Below, one piece after another: positions 43,307-51,623 of a stretch of DNA of 64,000 bases. The notes beneath the pieces are model-generated. The model did no database searches and was not told the DNA's origin. It saw nothing but the letters and a program-made list of their open reading frames with translations. Positions within the stretch are counted from its first letter, which is position 1, and every line of letters starts with the position of its first letter. Source of the stretch: an uncultured bacterium (GTDB taxonomy: Bacteria > Desulfobacterota > Desulfobaccia > Desulfobaccales > 0-14-0-80-60-11); contig CALEAV010000007.1 of assembly GCA_937943575.1 (NCBI GenBank), positions 9,969 to 73,968 on the forward strand, written 5' to 3'. A program made the position numbers and the translations under genes.

Positions 43307-43981
43307 TCAGCCCTGGCAGCGGTGGCGGATGCTCTCCCCCTCCGCGGCGTAGACCACCTGTTCGGCGATATTGGTGGCGTGGTCCCCCACCCGCTCCAGG
43401 TGGCGGGCCACGCTGATCTGGGCCTCCCCGAAGCCGATGACCTCATCGGCCACCATCTCTTTCAGGATATCCTGGGTGAGGCTCCGGTGGAGGTCATCCA
43501 CCTCGTTGTCCGCCCGGCAGACCTCCCGGGCCAGGGCGGGGTTGTGCTCCACGTAGGCGGCGAGGCTCTGGCGCACCATGGTCAGCGCCATGCCGGCCAG
43601 CCGGCTCATCTCCGGGTGGAAAGTCCGGCCGCCGGGAGGGTCCAGGGACAGGGCCTCCTCGGCGATATTCACCGCCAGGTCGCCGATGCGCTCCAGCTCG
43701 GCGACGATGTGGTCCGCGGCCATGATCTCCCTCAGGTCCGCCGCCACCGGCTGGTAGAGGGCGATGAGCCGCACGCATTCGGCGTCGATGGCCTCCTCCA
43801 GGTCGTTGATGTCCCTGTCCCCGGAGATGACCCGGCGGGCCAGCTCCCGGTCCTGTCGCAGGAAGGCCTGGACCGCCCGTTGGATGGCCTCCTCCGCCAT
43901 CCCGGCCAGCTTCAGGAGCCGCTCCTTCAGGGAGGCGATCTCCTGCCGGAATTTGTCCACCTGTCTGGGAGCTTCCGCCAT
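43307..43981 (-). CDS. phoU: Phosphate signalling protein PhoU
   Basis: QPVAADLR, ELERIGDLAVNIA, LERVGDHATNIAE. Confidence 0.93.
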   Translation of the reverse strand: MAEAPRQVDKFRQEIASLKERLLKLAGMAEEAIQRAVQAFLRQDRELARRVISGDRDINDLEEAIDAECVRLIALYQPVAADLREIMAADHIVAELERIGDLAVNIAEEALSLDPPGGRTFHPEMSRLAGMALTMVRQSLAAYVEHNPALAREVCRADNEVDDLHRSLTQDILKEMVADEVIGFGEAQISVARHLERVGDHATNIAEQVVYAAEGESIRHRCQG

Positions 43982-44428
43982 GATGCACCTCGTGGCTGCA
44001 GCGCCCCCCTCCCCGGGGGCGGCGCCGCGGCAGCGCCCGGCCGCAGTCCGGCCGTTTTCTCCTTCAAGGTTATTGTTCCACAGGCGGCTGCAGAAACCAA
44101 GCCCTTCCGCCGCCGGGGCCTGGGGGCCGCCCAGGCCGGCCCCTCCCCCCGGGGCGCCGCCGGCTCCGAGAGCTCCTCCGGGACCGGCAGGGCCGGGCCG
44201 AAGGGAAGGAGGACACCCGGGCCAGGCCGGCAGGCCGGGGTGCCCGGGAGCTCCCGGCTCCGGGGGGTTAGGGAAATCGCGGCCGCACAAAGCCTTGCGG
44301 CGACCTCTGCCGCCTCCAAGGCGGGGCGGCCGGCGCCGGAGGGGCTGACCAACCCCCCTTTACGGCCGTGTCCTTCGGGAGGCCCGGGTTCCCCTCCGCC
44401 GCCGCCACCCCCCGGCCCGGTTGGGCCC

Positions 44429-45169
44429 TCAGTAGCTCACCTCCACCAGAAAGAGGCCCTGGGGTGGGGCGGTAGGCCCCACCAGGCGCCGCTCCGGACG
44501 GGTGAGCAGCTCCGCCAGGTGCGCAACCGGCCGCTTCCCCCCGCCGATCTGCACCAGGGTGCCCACCAGGCTGCGCACCATGCCCCGAAGAAAGCCGGTG
44601 GCGGTGATGCGGAAAATGAGCAGCTCCCCTTCCCGTCGCCAGCCCGCCGCCAGCACTCGGCGCCTGGTGGTGCGCAGGCCGCTGCCACTGGCCTGGAAGG
44701 CGGCAAAATCGTGCTCGCCCACCAGCAGCCGGGCGGCCTCCTCCAGGGCCGGAACCGCAAGGGGCCCGGCGACCTGCCAGACGTAGCGGAGATTCAGGGG
44801 CGAGCGCACCGGCCGCTGAAGGATCTGGTATTCATAGGTTTTGGCCCGGGCGGATTTGCGGGCATGGAACTCCGGGGGCACCTCGGCGGCCGAAAGGACC
44901 GCAATATCCGGCGGCAGGAGGGAGTTGAGGCCCTGCACGAAGGCCCGGAGGGGCAGGGAGCTAAGGGTGTGGAAGTTGGCCACCTGGCCTTTGGCGTGCA
45001 CCCCGGCGTCGGTGCGGCCGGAGCCGATGAGGTGCACCTGTTCGCCGGTGAGGCGGGCCAGGGCGCTTTCAATGGTCCCCTGCAGGGTGAGGGCGTTTTT
45101 CTGGCGCTGCCAGCCGTGGTAGCGGGTGCCGTCGTATTCCAGGTCCAGGCGGAGGTTGCGGGGGCCCAT
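44429..45169 (-). CDS. truA: tRNA pseudouridine synthase A
   Basis: EYDGTRYHGWQ, GRTDAGVHAKGQV, FHAR, HDFAAF, FLRGMVR, TAPPQGL. Confidence 0.95.
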   Translation of the reverse strand: MGPRNLRLDLEYDGTRYHGWQRQKNALTLQGTIESALARLTGEQVHLIGSGRTDAGVHAKGQVANFHTLSSLPLRAFVQGLNSLLPPDIAVLSAAEVPPEFHARKSARAKTYEYQILQRPVRSPLNLRYVWQVAGPLAVPALEEAARLLVGEHDFAAFQASGSGLRTTRRRVLAAGWRREGELLIFRITATGFLRGMVRSLVGTLVQIGGGKRPVAHLAELLTRPERRLVGPTAPPQGLFLVEVSY

Positions 45170-45186
45170 GGCCGGGCACCGGCGGC

Positions 45187-46233
45187 TCAGGGGACCAGGG
45201 GCGGGCCGTCCAGGCCGGTGGTCTCGGGAAAGCCGGCCATGAGGTTGAAGTTGCACACCGCCTGGGCCGCGGCGCCCCGCCCCAGGTTGTCGATGGCGGC
45301 CACCACCACCACCCGGTCCCCCGCCGGGTGCACCCTGAGGGCCAGGTCGCAGAAATTGGTGCCCCGCACTTGGGCGGTAGTGGGGAGAGTTCCCGGCGGC
45401 ATCATCCGGACGAAGGGCTCGTCCCGATAGAAGCCTTCGTAGAGCCCATAAAGCTCCGCCTCGGTGGCCGGCGAAGTCAGGGTGGCGTAGAGGGTGGCGA
45501 GGATGCCCCGGTTCATGGGCACCAGATGGGGGGTGAAGGTGAGGCGCACCGGCTCCCCGGCCAGGAGGCTCAGCTCCTGCTCCATCTCCGGGGTGTGGCG
45601 GTGCTCGAAGACCTTGTAGGCCCGGAAGCTGTCCGCCACTTCGCAGAAGGAGGTGGCCAAGGACGCCCCCCGGCCGGCGCCGCTGACGCCGCTTTTGCAG
45701 TCGGCGATGAGGGTGTGGAGCTCCACCCGCCGGGCCCTGACCAGGGGCGCCAGCCCCAGGACGACCGCGGTGGGGTAGCACCCCGGGTTTCCCACCAGGC
45801 GGGCCGTGGCCAAGCGCTGCCGGTGGAGCTCCGGCAGGCCGTAGACCGCCTCCTCCAGCAGCTCCGGGGCCGTGTGCGGCTGATACCAGGCTTCATACAC
45901 TCCAGGGTCCCGGAAGCGGAAGTCGGCGCTCAGGTCCACCACCCGCATGCCCGCAGCCAGCAGGCGGGGCACCATCTCCAGGGCGCTGCGATGCGGCACT
46001 GCGGTAAAGGCAAACCGGGCCCGCCTCGCCACCTCCTCCGGGTCCGGGGGGATGAACTCCTGGTGGACGATCCCGGCCAGGGCGGGGAAGACCTGGCCCA
46101 CCGGCCGGCCCTGATACTCCCGGGAGGTGAGGGCCGCAAGCCGGACGTGCGGGTGCCGGGCCAGAAGGCGCAGCAGCTCCAGGCCGGTGTAGCCCGAGGC
46201 CCCCACCACCGCCACGGTCACCTGGGCGGACAT
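45187..46233 (-). CDS. argC: N-acetyl-gamma-glutamyl-phosphate reductase
   Basis: VGASGYTG, DLSADFR, NPGCYPT, SGVSGAG, HRHTPE, DNLGRGAA. Confidence 0.96.
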   Translation of the reverse strand: MSAQVTVAVVGASGYTGLELLRLLARHPHVRLAALTSREYQGRPVGQVFPALAGIVHQEFIPPDPEEVARRARFAFTAVPHRSALEMVPRLLAAGMRVVDLSADFRFRDPGVYEAWYQPHTAPELLEEAVYGLPELHRQRLATARLVGNPGCYPTAVVLGLAPLVRARRVELHTLIADCKSGVSGAGRGASLATSFCEVADSFRAYKVFEHRHTPEMEQELSLLAGEPVRLTFTPHLVPMNRGILATLYATLTSPATEAELYGLYEGFYRDEPFVRMMPPGTLPTTAQVRGTNFCDLALRVHPAGDRVVVVAAIDNLGRGAAAQAVCNFNLMAGFPETTGLDGPPLVP

Positions 46234-46242
46234 GGCAAAAAA

Positions 46243-46638
46243 TTACCGCTTGGAGTATTGGCAGCCCCGGCGGGCGCCCCGCCGGCCGTATTTCTTGCGC
46301 TCCTTGATCCGGGCGTCCCGGGTAAGGTAGCCTGCCTTTTTGAGGAGGGGGCGGTATTCGGGGTTGAGCTCCTGCAGGGCCCGGCTGAGGCCGTGCTTGA
46401 TGGCCCCGGCCTGGCCTTCGGGGCCGCCGCCGGTGACCCTCACCAGGATGTCCAACTCGGCGCCCACGTTGAGGAGCCGCAAGGGCTGGCTGACCAGATT
46501 GCGGGTGGTCTCCAGGGGGAAATAGTCCTGGAAATCCCGGTCATTGATGATGATGCGGCCGTTGCCCGGCCGGAGGTAGACCCGGGCCACCGCCGATTTC
46601 CGTTTGCCCACCGCATGGATGTTGAACGACTGGGCCAT
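46243..46638 (-). CDS. rpsI: 30S ribosomal protein S9
   Basis: [32 protein letters not shown]...YSKR. Confidence 0.98.
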   Translation of the reverse strand: MAQSFNIHAVGKRKSAVARVYLRPGNGRIIINDRDFQDYFPLETTRNLVSQPLRLLNVGAELDILVRVTGGGPEGQAGAIKHGLSRALQELNPEYRPLLKKAGYLTRDARIKERKKYGRRGARRGCQYSKR

Positions 46639-47072
46639 TAGTCCTCCCAGGTCACCGGCCGGGGCTGCTGGGCCTCATGGGGATGCCCGGGGCCGGCGTA
46701 AATCTTCAGTTTCTTGAGGAGCTGGCGCCCCAGGCTGTTTTTGGGGAGCATGCCCCGAACCGCCTGGCGCAGCAAGTCCTCCGGCCGTTTCTTCAGAAGC
46801 TGCCGGGCGGTGATGCTCTTGAGCCCGCCCATGTAGCCGGTATGGCGGTAATATATCTTTTTGTCCCACTTCTGCCCGGTGAGGCGCACCTTGTCGGCAT
46901 TCACCACCACCACGAAATCCCCGGTGTCGAGGTGAGGGGTGAAAACGGGTTTGGTTTTACCCCGCAGCGCCATGGCAATGCGGCTGGCCAGGCGGCCCAG
47001 CACCTGGCCCTGGGCGTCCACCAGGAGCCACTCCCGGGGCACTTCCCCTTTCTTGGCCATATAGGTCGGCAT
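46638..47072 (-). CDS. rplM: 50S ribosomal protein L13
   Basis: [43 protein letters not shown]; TTGACA-18-TATATT promoter at 47132-47103. Confidence 0.97.
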   Translation of the reverse strand: MPTYMAKKGEVPREWLLVDAQGQVLGRLASRIAMALRGKTKPVFTPHLDTGDFVVVVNADKVRLTGQKWDKKIYYRHTGYMGGLKSITARQLLKKRPEDLLRQAVRGMLPKNSLGRQLLKKLKIYAGPGHPHEAQQPRPVTWED

Positions 47073-47335
47073 GACAACCCTCGTCTCAGAAATAACCTGA
47101 TTAATATATCGATTTCCCCCAAAGCTTGTCAATCCCCAGGTGCGGCGGGGGGACATTTCGGCCTTGGCGGCCGGGCCACCGTGAGTGGCGGCGGGCCCCC
47201 CTGCCGCCAGACCCCTTCATGAGGCTTGGGGGAGAGGGCGTGAAGGGCAGCAGGGCGCTGCTCCTCGGGATGAGTCCAGGGCCAGGGTGCGGTCCCCCCG
47301 CGGTTTCCTTCTCCCCTTTTTTGGGCGACAATGAG

Positions 47336-47971
47336 GTGACTTCCTTCAAGGAGGCGGCCATTTTCCCCCTGTTTCTCATTGCCGCCATGGTCCTGCATGC
47401 CTGGCCGGCACCGGCCCCGGCCCAGTCCGGGAGGCCGCCTGCGGCCCTGCGCCGCCCGCCCCTCCAGCAGCTCTTTCATACCGAGCGGGTGGATGTCGTC
47501 TATGACCGCCGGGAGCACCTGGAGGAGCTGGCCCGCCGGCTGGGGGTGGCGCCGCCGGCCCCCGGAGCGCCCCCGGACCTGGGCACCCTGGCCCTGCGCT
47601 TGGATGACATGCTGGCGGAAATCACCCGGGTGCTCAAGCGCCAGCCGCCGCCGGGGGTGCGGCTTAGGCTGCGGCTTGTGCCCGATGCCCTGGCGGTGCG
47701 CCGGCAGCACGACGCCTTGACCGGCCTGCGGCCCCACACTCCCGGGCCCCGGGGCTGGCTGCCCGCCTTTTATGAGCCCAAAAGCCGCACCCTGTATCTC
47801 TCGGTGGCGGATGCCCGCATCGGCCTCCTGGCCCATGAACTGACCCACTTTGTGCTGAGCGAATCGCCCGGAGGCCGGCCCAGCGAGGTCTTCCAGGAAT
47901 CCCTGGCCCGCTATCTGGAAGAACGCTACCTCTCGGGGCGCTCCTTCGATTTCCGGCCGCCGGGGCCTTAG
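47336..47971 (+). CDS. Exported HExxH-motif protein (putative zinc metallopeptidase); start uncertain
   Basis: Signal-like N-terminus, AFYEP...TLYL, LLAHELTHFVL, FQESLARY. Confidence 0.6.
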   Translation: MTSFKEAAIFPLFLIAAMVLHAWPAPAPAQSGRPPAALRRPPLQQLFHTERVDVVYDRREHLEELARRLGVAPPAPGAPPDLGTLALRLDDMLAEITRVLKRQPPPGVRLRLRLVPDALAVRRQHDALTGLRPHTPGPRGWLPAFYEPKSRTLYLSVADARIGLLAHELTHFVLSESPGGRPSEVFQESLARYLEERYLSGRSFDFRPPGP

Positions 47972-47972
47972 G

Positions 47973-49196
47973 ATGTCGGCATCTCCCCCCCGGCTGTTCC
48001 CCGCCCTGTGCGCCGTGGGCTTTTTGGCCCGCTTCTCCTACGCTCTGGCCCGGAACCCGGTGCTGCCACTCTTTGCCCTGTATTTGGGGGCCGGGCCCGA
48101 AGCCATCGGCCTGGCGGTGGGCATCTCCACCGTCACCGGGATTTTCTTCAAGCTGCCCTCCGGCGCCCTCTCCGATGTCATCGGCCGGCGCCGCACCCTG
48201 CTCATGGGCCTGGTTATCTTCGGGGGGATGCCCTTTGCCTACCTCGTCGTCCATAACTACCCCTCCCTCATCCTCATCCGCTTCCTGCACGGGCTGGCCA
48301 CTGCCATCTACGGCCCGGTGGCCATGGCGGTGGTGGCGGATCTCGCCGGGACCAGAAAAGGCGAATGGCTCTCGTGGTTCTCCTCGGTGACCATCATGGG
48401 GACGCTGGCGGGGGCACCGGTGGGCGGATTTCTGCTCACCTTTCTGACCCAGGGCCAAGGCCCGGTTCTCGCTGACTTCCGCCTGGTCTTCCTGCTGTCC
48501 GGGCTGGCCGGGACCGCTGCCCTCCTTTTGGGTCTGATGGCCTTACGGGGGAAAGAGACGGTGGCACCTCACCCCGGGGCCCTGAAAGAGCGCCTCAGCC
48601 GGTTTTTCTCCGGCATCAAAGAGGTGCTGGGCGACCGGCGGGTGGTCATCACCTCCAACATGGAGGGTTTGCAGAACCTGACGGTGGGGGCCCTGGAGGC
48701 CTTTCTGCCGGTGTATGCGGTCACGGTGGTGGGGCTGAATGAATTTCAGGCAGGTTTGCTGTGGGGCGTCCAGGTGCTCACCACCATCCTGGCCAAGCCC
48801 ATGATGGGGCGCCTGTCCGACCGCTTCGGGCGCAAATTCATCATCGGCGCCGGCATGGTCCTGTGCGCCGGCTCTTTCGCCGCCATCCCCCGGCTCACGT
48901 CTTTCTCCCCGCTCCTTGCCACCGCCTCGGTTTTCGGGCTGGGGGAGGCCTTGGTCACCTCGTCGTGTGCAGCCCTGGTGGCGGATGTATGTCAGGAAAG
49001 ACACTTCGGCGCCGCCATGGGCGCCTTCGGCACCATCTTTGACCTCGGGCATGCCGCCGGCCCCATCCTGGCCGGCCTCCTCCTGGCCCGTCTGGATTAC
49101 CCCGGGGCCTTCGGCCTCCTGGCGGCGGTGCTCGCGTCGGCGGTGCCGGTCTTTGTCCTGGGGGTGAAGGAACCGGGACGCCGGATCGCCCGCTGA
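47973..49196 (+). CDS. MFS transporter
   Basis: About 12 TM segments; GALSDVIGRR and GRLSDRFGRK motif A repeats. Confidence 0.92.
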   Translation: MSASPPRLFPALCAVGFLARFSYALARNPVLPLFALYLGAGPEAIGLAVGISTVTGIFFKLPSGALSDVIGRRRTLLMGLVIFGGMPFAYLVVHNYPSLILIRFLHGLATAIYGPVAMAVVADLAGTRKGEWLSWFSSVTIMGTLAGAPVGGFLLTFLTQGQGPVLADFRLVFLLSGLAGTAALLLGLMALRGKETVAPHPGALKERLSRFFSGIKEVLGDRRVVITSNMEGLQNLTVGALEAFLPVYAVTVVGLNEFQAGLLWGVQVLTTILAKPMMGRLSDRFGRKFIIGAGMVLCAGSFAAIPRLTSFSPLLATASVFGLGEALVTSSCAALVADVCQERHFGAAMGAFGTIFDLGHAAGPILAGLLLARLDYPGAFGLLAAVLASAVPVFVLGVKEPGRRIAR

Positions 49197-49241
49197 CCCG
49201 CCGCAGGGCGAACGGTTCGGGTGAGGGCTCCGGGAGACCGG

Positions 49242-51155
49242 TCAATCCCCCCGGCCGGGCAGGAGCCGGAAGAGCTGCCGCCGGGCGGCGGGCTCCAGGT
49301 GAAACTCGGCGGGCATGGGCGCGGCCAGGGCCCCCTGAAAGGCCCGGCCCAGGGGCGTGGGGGCCAGGCGGCCCCGCTGGCGCATGACCAGGGCTTCAGG
49401 CCCCTCGGACCAGGCGGCGGCCAGCCAGTGGATGCCGGCCTGGGCCAGCCGGGGGCCCAGGGCCTGCACTTGGCGGCCTTCCAGGGGGCCGGCGGTGATC
49501 CCCAGGGCGGCCACCGACTCCTGCCGGCCGAGGCGCCGCAGCTCCCCCAAGCCGGCGGCACTCGCCCCCGCCGGGAGCGTGAGCCCGTAGATCAGGTGGG
49601 GCACCGGGGAGCCGTCGGAGAAGGGCAGGGGAAAGCCGGACAGCTCGCTACCCAAGCCCGGCACCAGGGCCACGGCCCGGGGATGCTCCCGGCGCAGCTC
49701 CCCCAGCATGGCCAAAAGGTGATTCCGCCACACCGGCCAGGTGACCCGGGGGAGCAATCCGGCGGTGGCATCCCCCGGCCCGGGGTCGTGGGGCGGGCCG
49801 AAGAGCTGGAAGAGCACCGCCGGCTCCTCGGCATAACGCCGGGCCAGGATTCCCCAGAAATCCAAAGAGCCCGGATCCGGCAGCGGCGGGTCATAGCACT
49901 CACCCCCGGGGCCCCGGTGCGTGGGCAGCAGGCTGGAGAGGAGGGAGAGCTGGAGGATAGTGTACAGGCCGGCGGCGGCCGCGGTGGCGACGGCGGCATC
50001 CACCGCTTCCAGATAATCCTCGCCGTCGGCCTCGCCCCGGCCCTCCAGGGCCAGATCCTGGGCCAGGGGGAGGCGCACCACCGTGGCCCCCCAGGAGCGG
50101 AGCATCGCCGCCTCCGCCGAGCTCAGGGGGAGTGGGAAGGTGCTGCCCTGGGGGGCGGCCCGCTCCAGCCCCTGCAGGGTGACCCCCCTAAGGAGCCGCA
50201 CCCGGTCCCGTTCATCCACCAGAAAGCGCCCCTCCACCCGCAGCCAGGGAAGGTGGCCGGAGAGGCTGCCGCCGGGCAGGCGGGCGGCTCCGGGCCGGGG
50301 GTGGGGGTTGTCGGCCGGCAGGATCAGGGTCCGCTTCCGGGCCGGCGCCTCTAACGTGGGCCGGCGCCAAGGGATTTTCTTAGCGGCGGGACCCCGGCGG
50401 GGGCGGCCGATGCGGGAGCGCGGCGCCACCCCGGCGGCCCGGGGGCTTTCCCGGTCTTTGGCGGGGATTTTCCAGGGCGCCACCGGGCCGGTGGCCTTGA
50501 CCCGGGGCTTGTCCCGCTGCGGAGCGGGTTTTTGTCCGGCGGGGCGGACCACCCGGGGGCTGAGTTCAGCCGCTCGGCGGCGCTCGGACTGCGGCCGCTT
50601 TTTCTCCGGTTCCCGGGAGGCTGGCAGCTTTTCCCGGCGCCAGTCACCGCCGGGTTTGGCCGACAAGGCGAGTGGCGGCCTCTCTTTTTCCGGCCTCGGC
50701 CCCTGTGGCCGACGCGCCGGGGCCTTTTTGGCCCTGAGGGTCTGAGGCCGCCGTGGCCGGGTTTTGGCGGGTGGCTTGGCCGGCTTTGGACGGCGTTCCC
50801 GACGCTTAGGTTCCCCCGCCTGGCGGGTGGCCAAGGGGGCCATAGTGCGCCGGGCTTCCCGACTGCTCTCCCGGGCCTCCTCCTCCTTGGCTGCTTGCCG
50901 TCTTTCCTGGCGGCGTTGCTGCTGGAGACGCCGCCGGCGGGCCGCCTCCTGCTCCCGGCGGCGCCGCTCCTTCTCCTCCCGCTCCCGGGCCTCCCGCAGA
51001 GCCTCAGCCCGGCGGGCCTCCTGCCGCTGACGCTCCCGGGCCTCCTCCCGGGTCCGGACGGCGGCCTCGGCCCGGCGCTCCTCCTCCCGGCGGCGGGCCC
51101 GCTCCGCCTGCCGTTCTGCCCGGCGGCGCTCTGCCGCTCTGTCGGTGCGGCTCAT
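49242..51155 (-). CDS. Charged coiled coil, Lys/Arg/Pro-rich linker, degenerate GH5 domain
   Basis: R/E-rich helix, then WLRVEG...LLRGVTLQGLE...WGATVVRLPL...YTIL...LFQLFGPPH; no NEP or TEWG motif. Confidence 0.75.
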   Translation of the reverse strand: MSRTDRAAERRRAERQAERARRREEERRAEAAVRTREEARERQRQEARRAEALREAREREEKERRRREQEAARRRRLQQQRRQERRQAAKEEEARESSREARRTMAPLATRQAGEPKRRERRPKPAKPPAKTRPRRPQTLRAKKAPARRPQGPRPEKERPPLALSAKPGGDWRREKLPASREPEKKRPQSERRRAAELSPRVVRPAGQKPAPQRDKPRVKATGPVAPWKIPAKDRESPRAAGVAPRSRIGRPRRGPAAKKIPWRRPTLEAPARKRTLILPADNPHPRPGAARLPGGSLSGHLPWLRVEGRFLVDERDRVRLLRGVTLQGLERAAPQGSTFPLPLSSAEAAMLRSWGATVVRLPLAQDLALEGRGEADGEDYLEAVDAAVATAAAAGLYTILQLSLLSSLLPTHRGPGGECYDPPLPDPGSLDFWGILARRYAEEPAVLFQLFGPPHDPGPGDATAGLLPRVTWPVWRNHLLAMLGELRREHPRAVALVPGLGSELSGFPLPFSDGSPVPHLIYGLTLPAGASAAGLGELRRLGRQESVAALGITAGPLEGRQVQALGPRLAQAGIHWLAAAWSEGPEALVMRQRGRLAPTPLGRAFQGALAAPMPAEFHLEPAARRQLFRLLPGRGD

Positions 51156-51359
51156 GCTGCGGTCCCGTGGCGTGTCAGCGGCTCCGCCGCCACGCACAAC
51201 CCCCAGGAAATCGTAGCCATTTCGGGGCCAGGGAGGACACCCCAGAGGCAAGGCCCTGCTGCGATTCCTGATGGAATTTCATTGAAATTTCCCTTGGATA
51301 AATAAGGACCCCTGCAACGCCTGCATCCCGGCCCCCTTCGATTCCCGGGCTCCTTTCAT

Positions 51360-51623
51360 TTAGGCGACTCCCGGCTCCTCCGGCTCTTCCGGTTCCTCCG
51401 GCAGGCGGGCCCAGACCTGTTCCAGGGCCTCCTGCAGGCGGGGAAAGAGCCGGGCTTCCATCGCCGCCAGCTCCTCATCCAGCTCCCGGGCCCGCTCCGG
51501 GTCCATTTCCCCCACCTTGAGGCGCAAAAGCAGCAGCTCCTCAAAGCGGTCCAGATCCCGGGGCCGGGCCTGGGGGTGGAGGGCCAGCACCGCCGCCCGC
51601 TCCTCGGGAGTGAGGGTCCTCAT
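51360..51623 (-). CDS. Small acidic helical hypothetical protein (87 aa)
   Basis: ATGA overlap with the upstream gene's stop; MRTLTPEERAAVLALHP...EEPEEPEEP. Confidence 0.65.
   Translation of the reverse strand: MRTLTPEERAAVLALHPQARPRDLDRFEELLLLRLKVGEMDPERARELDEELAAMEARLFPRLQEALEQVWARLPEEPEEPEEPGVA

Noticed and set aside
43004-45430. 808-aa plus-strand ORF
   Set aside because: Antisense to phoU, truA and argC; low-complexity translation.
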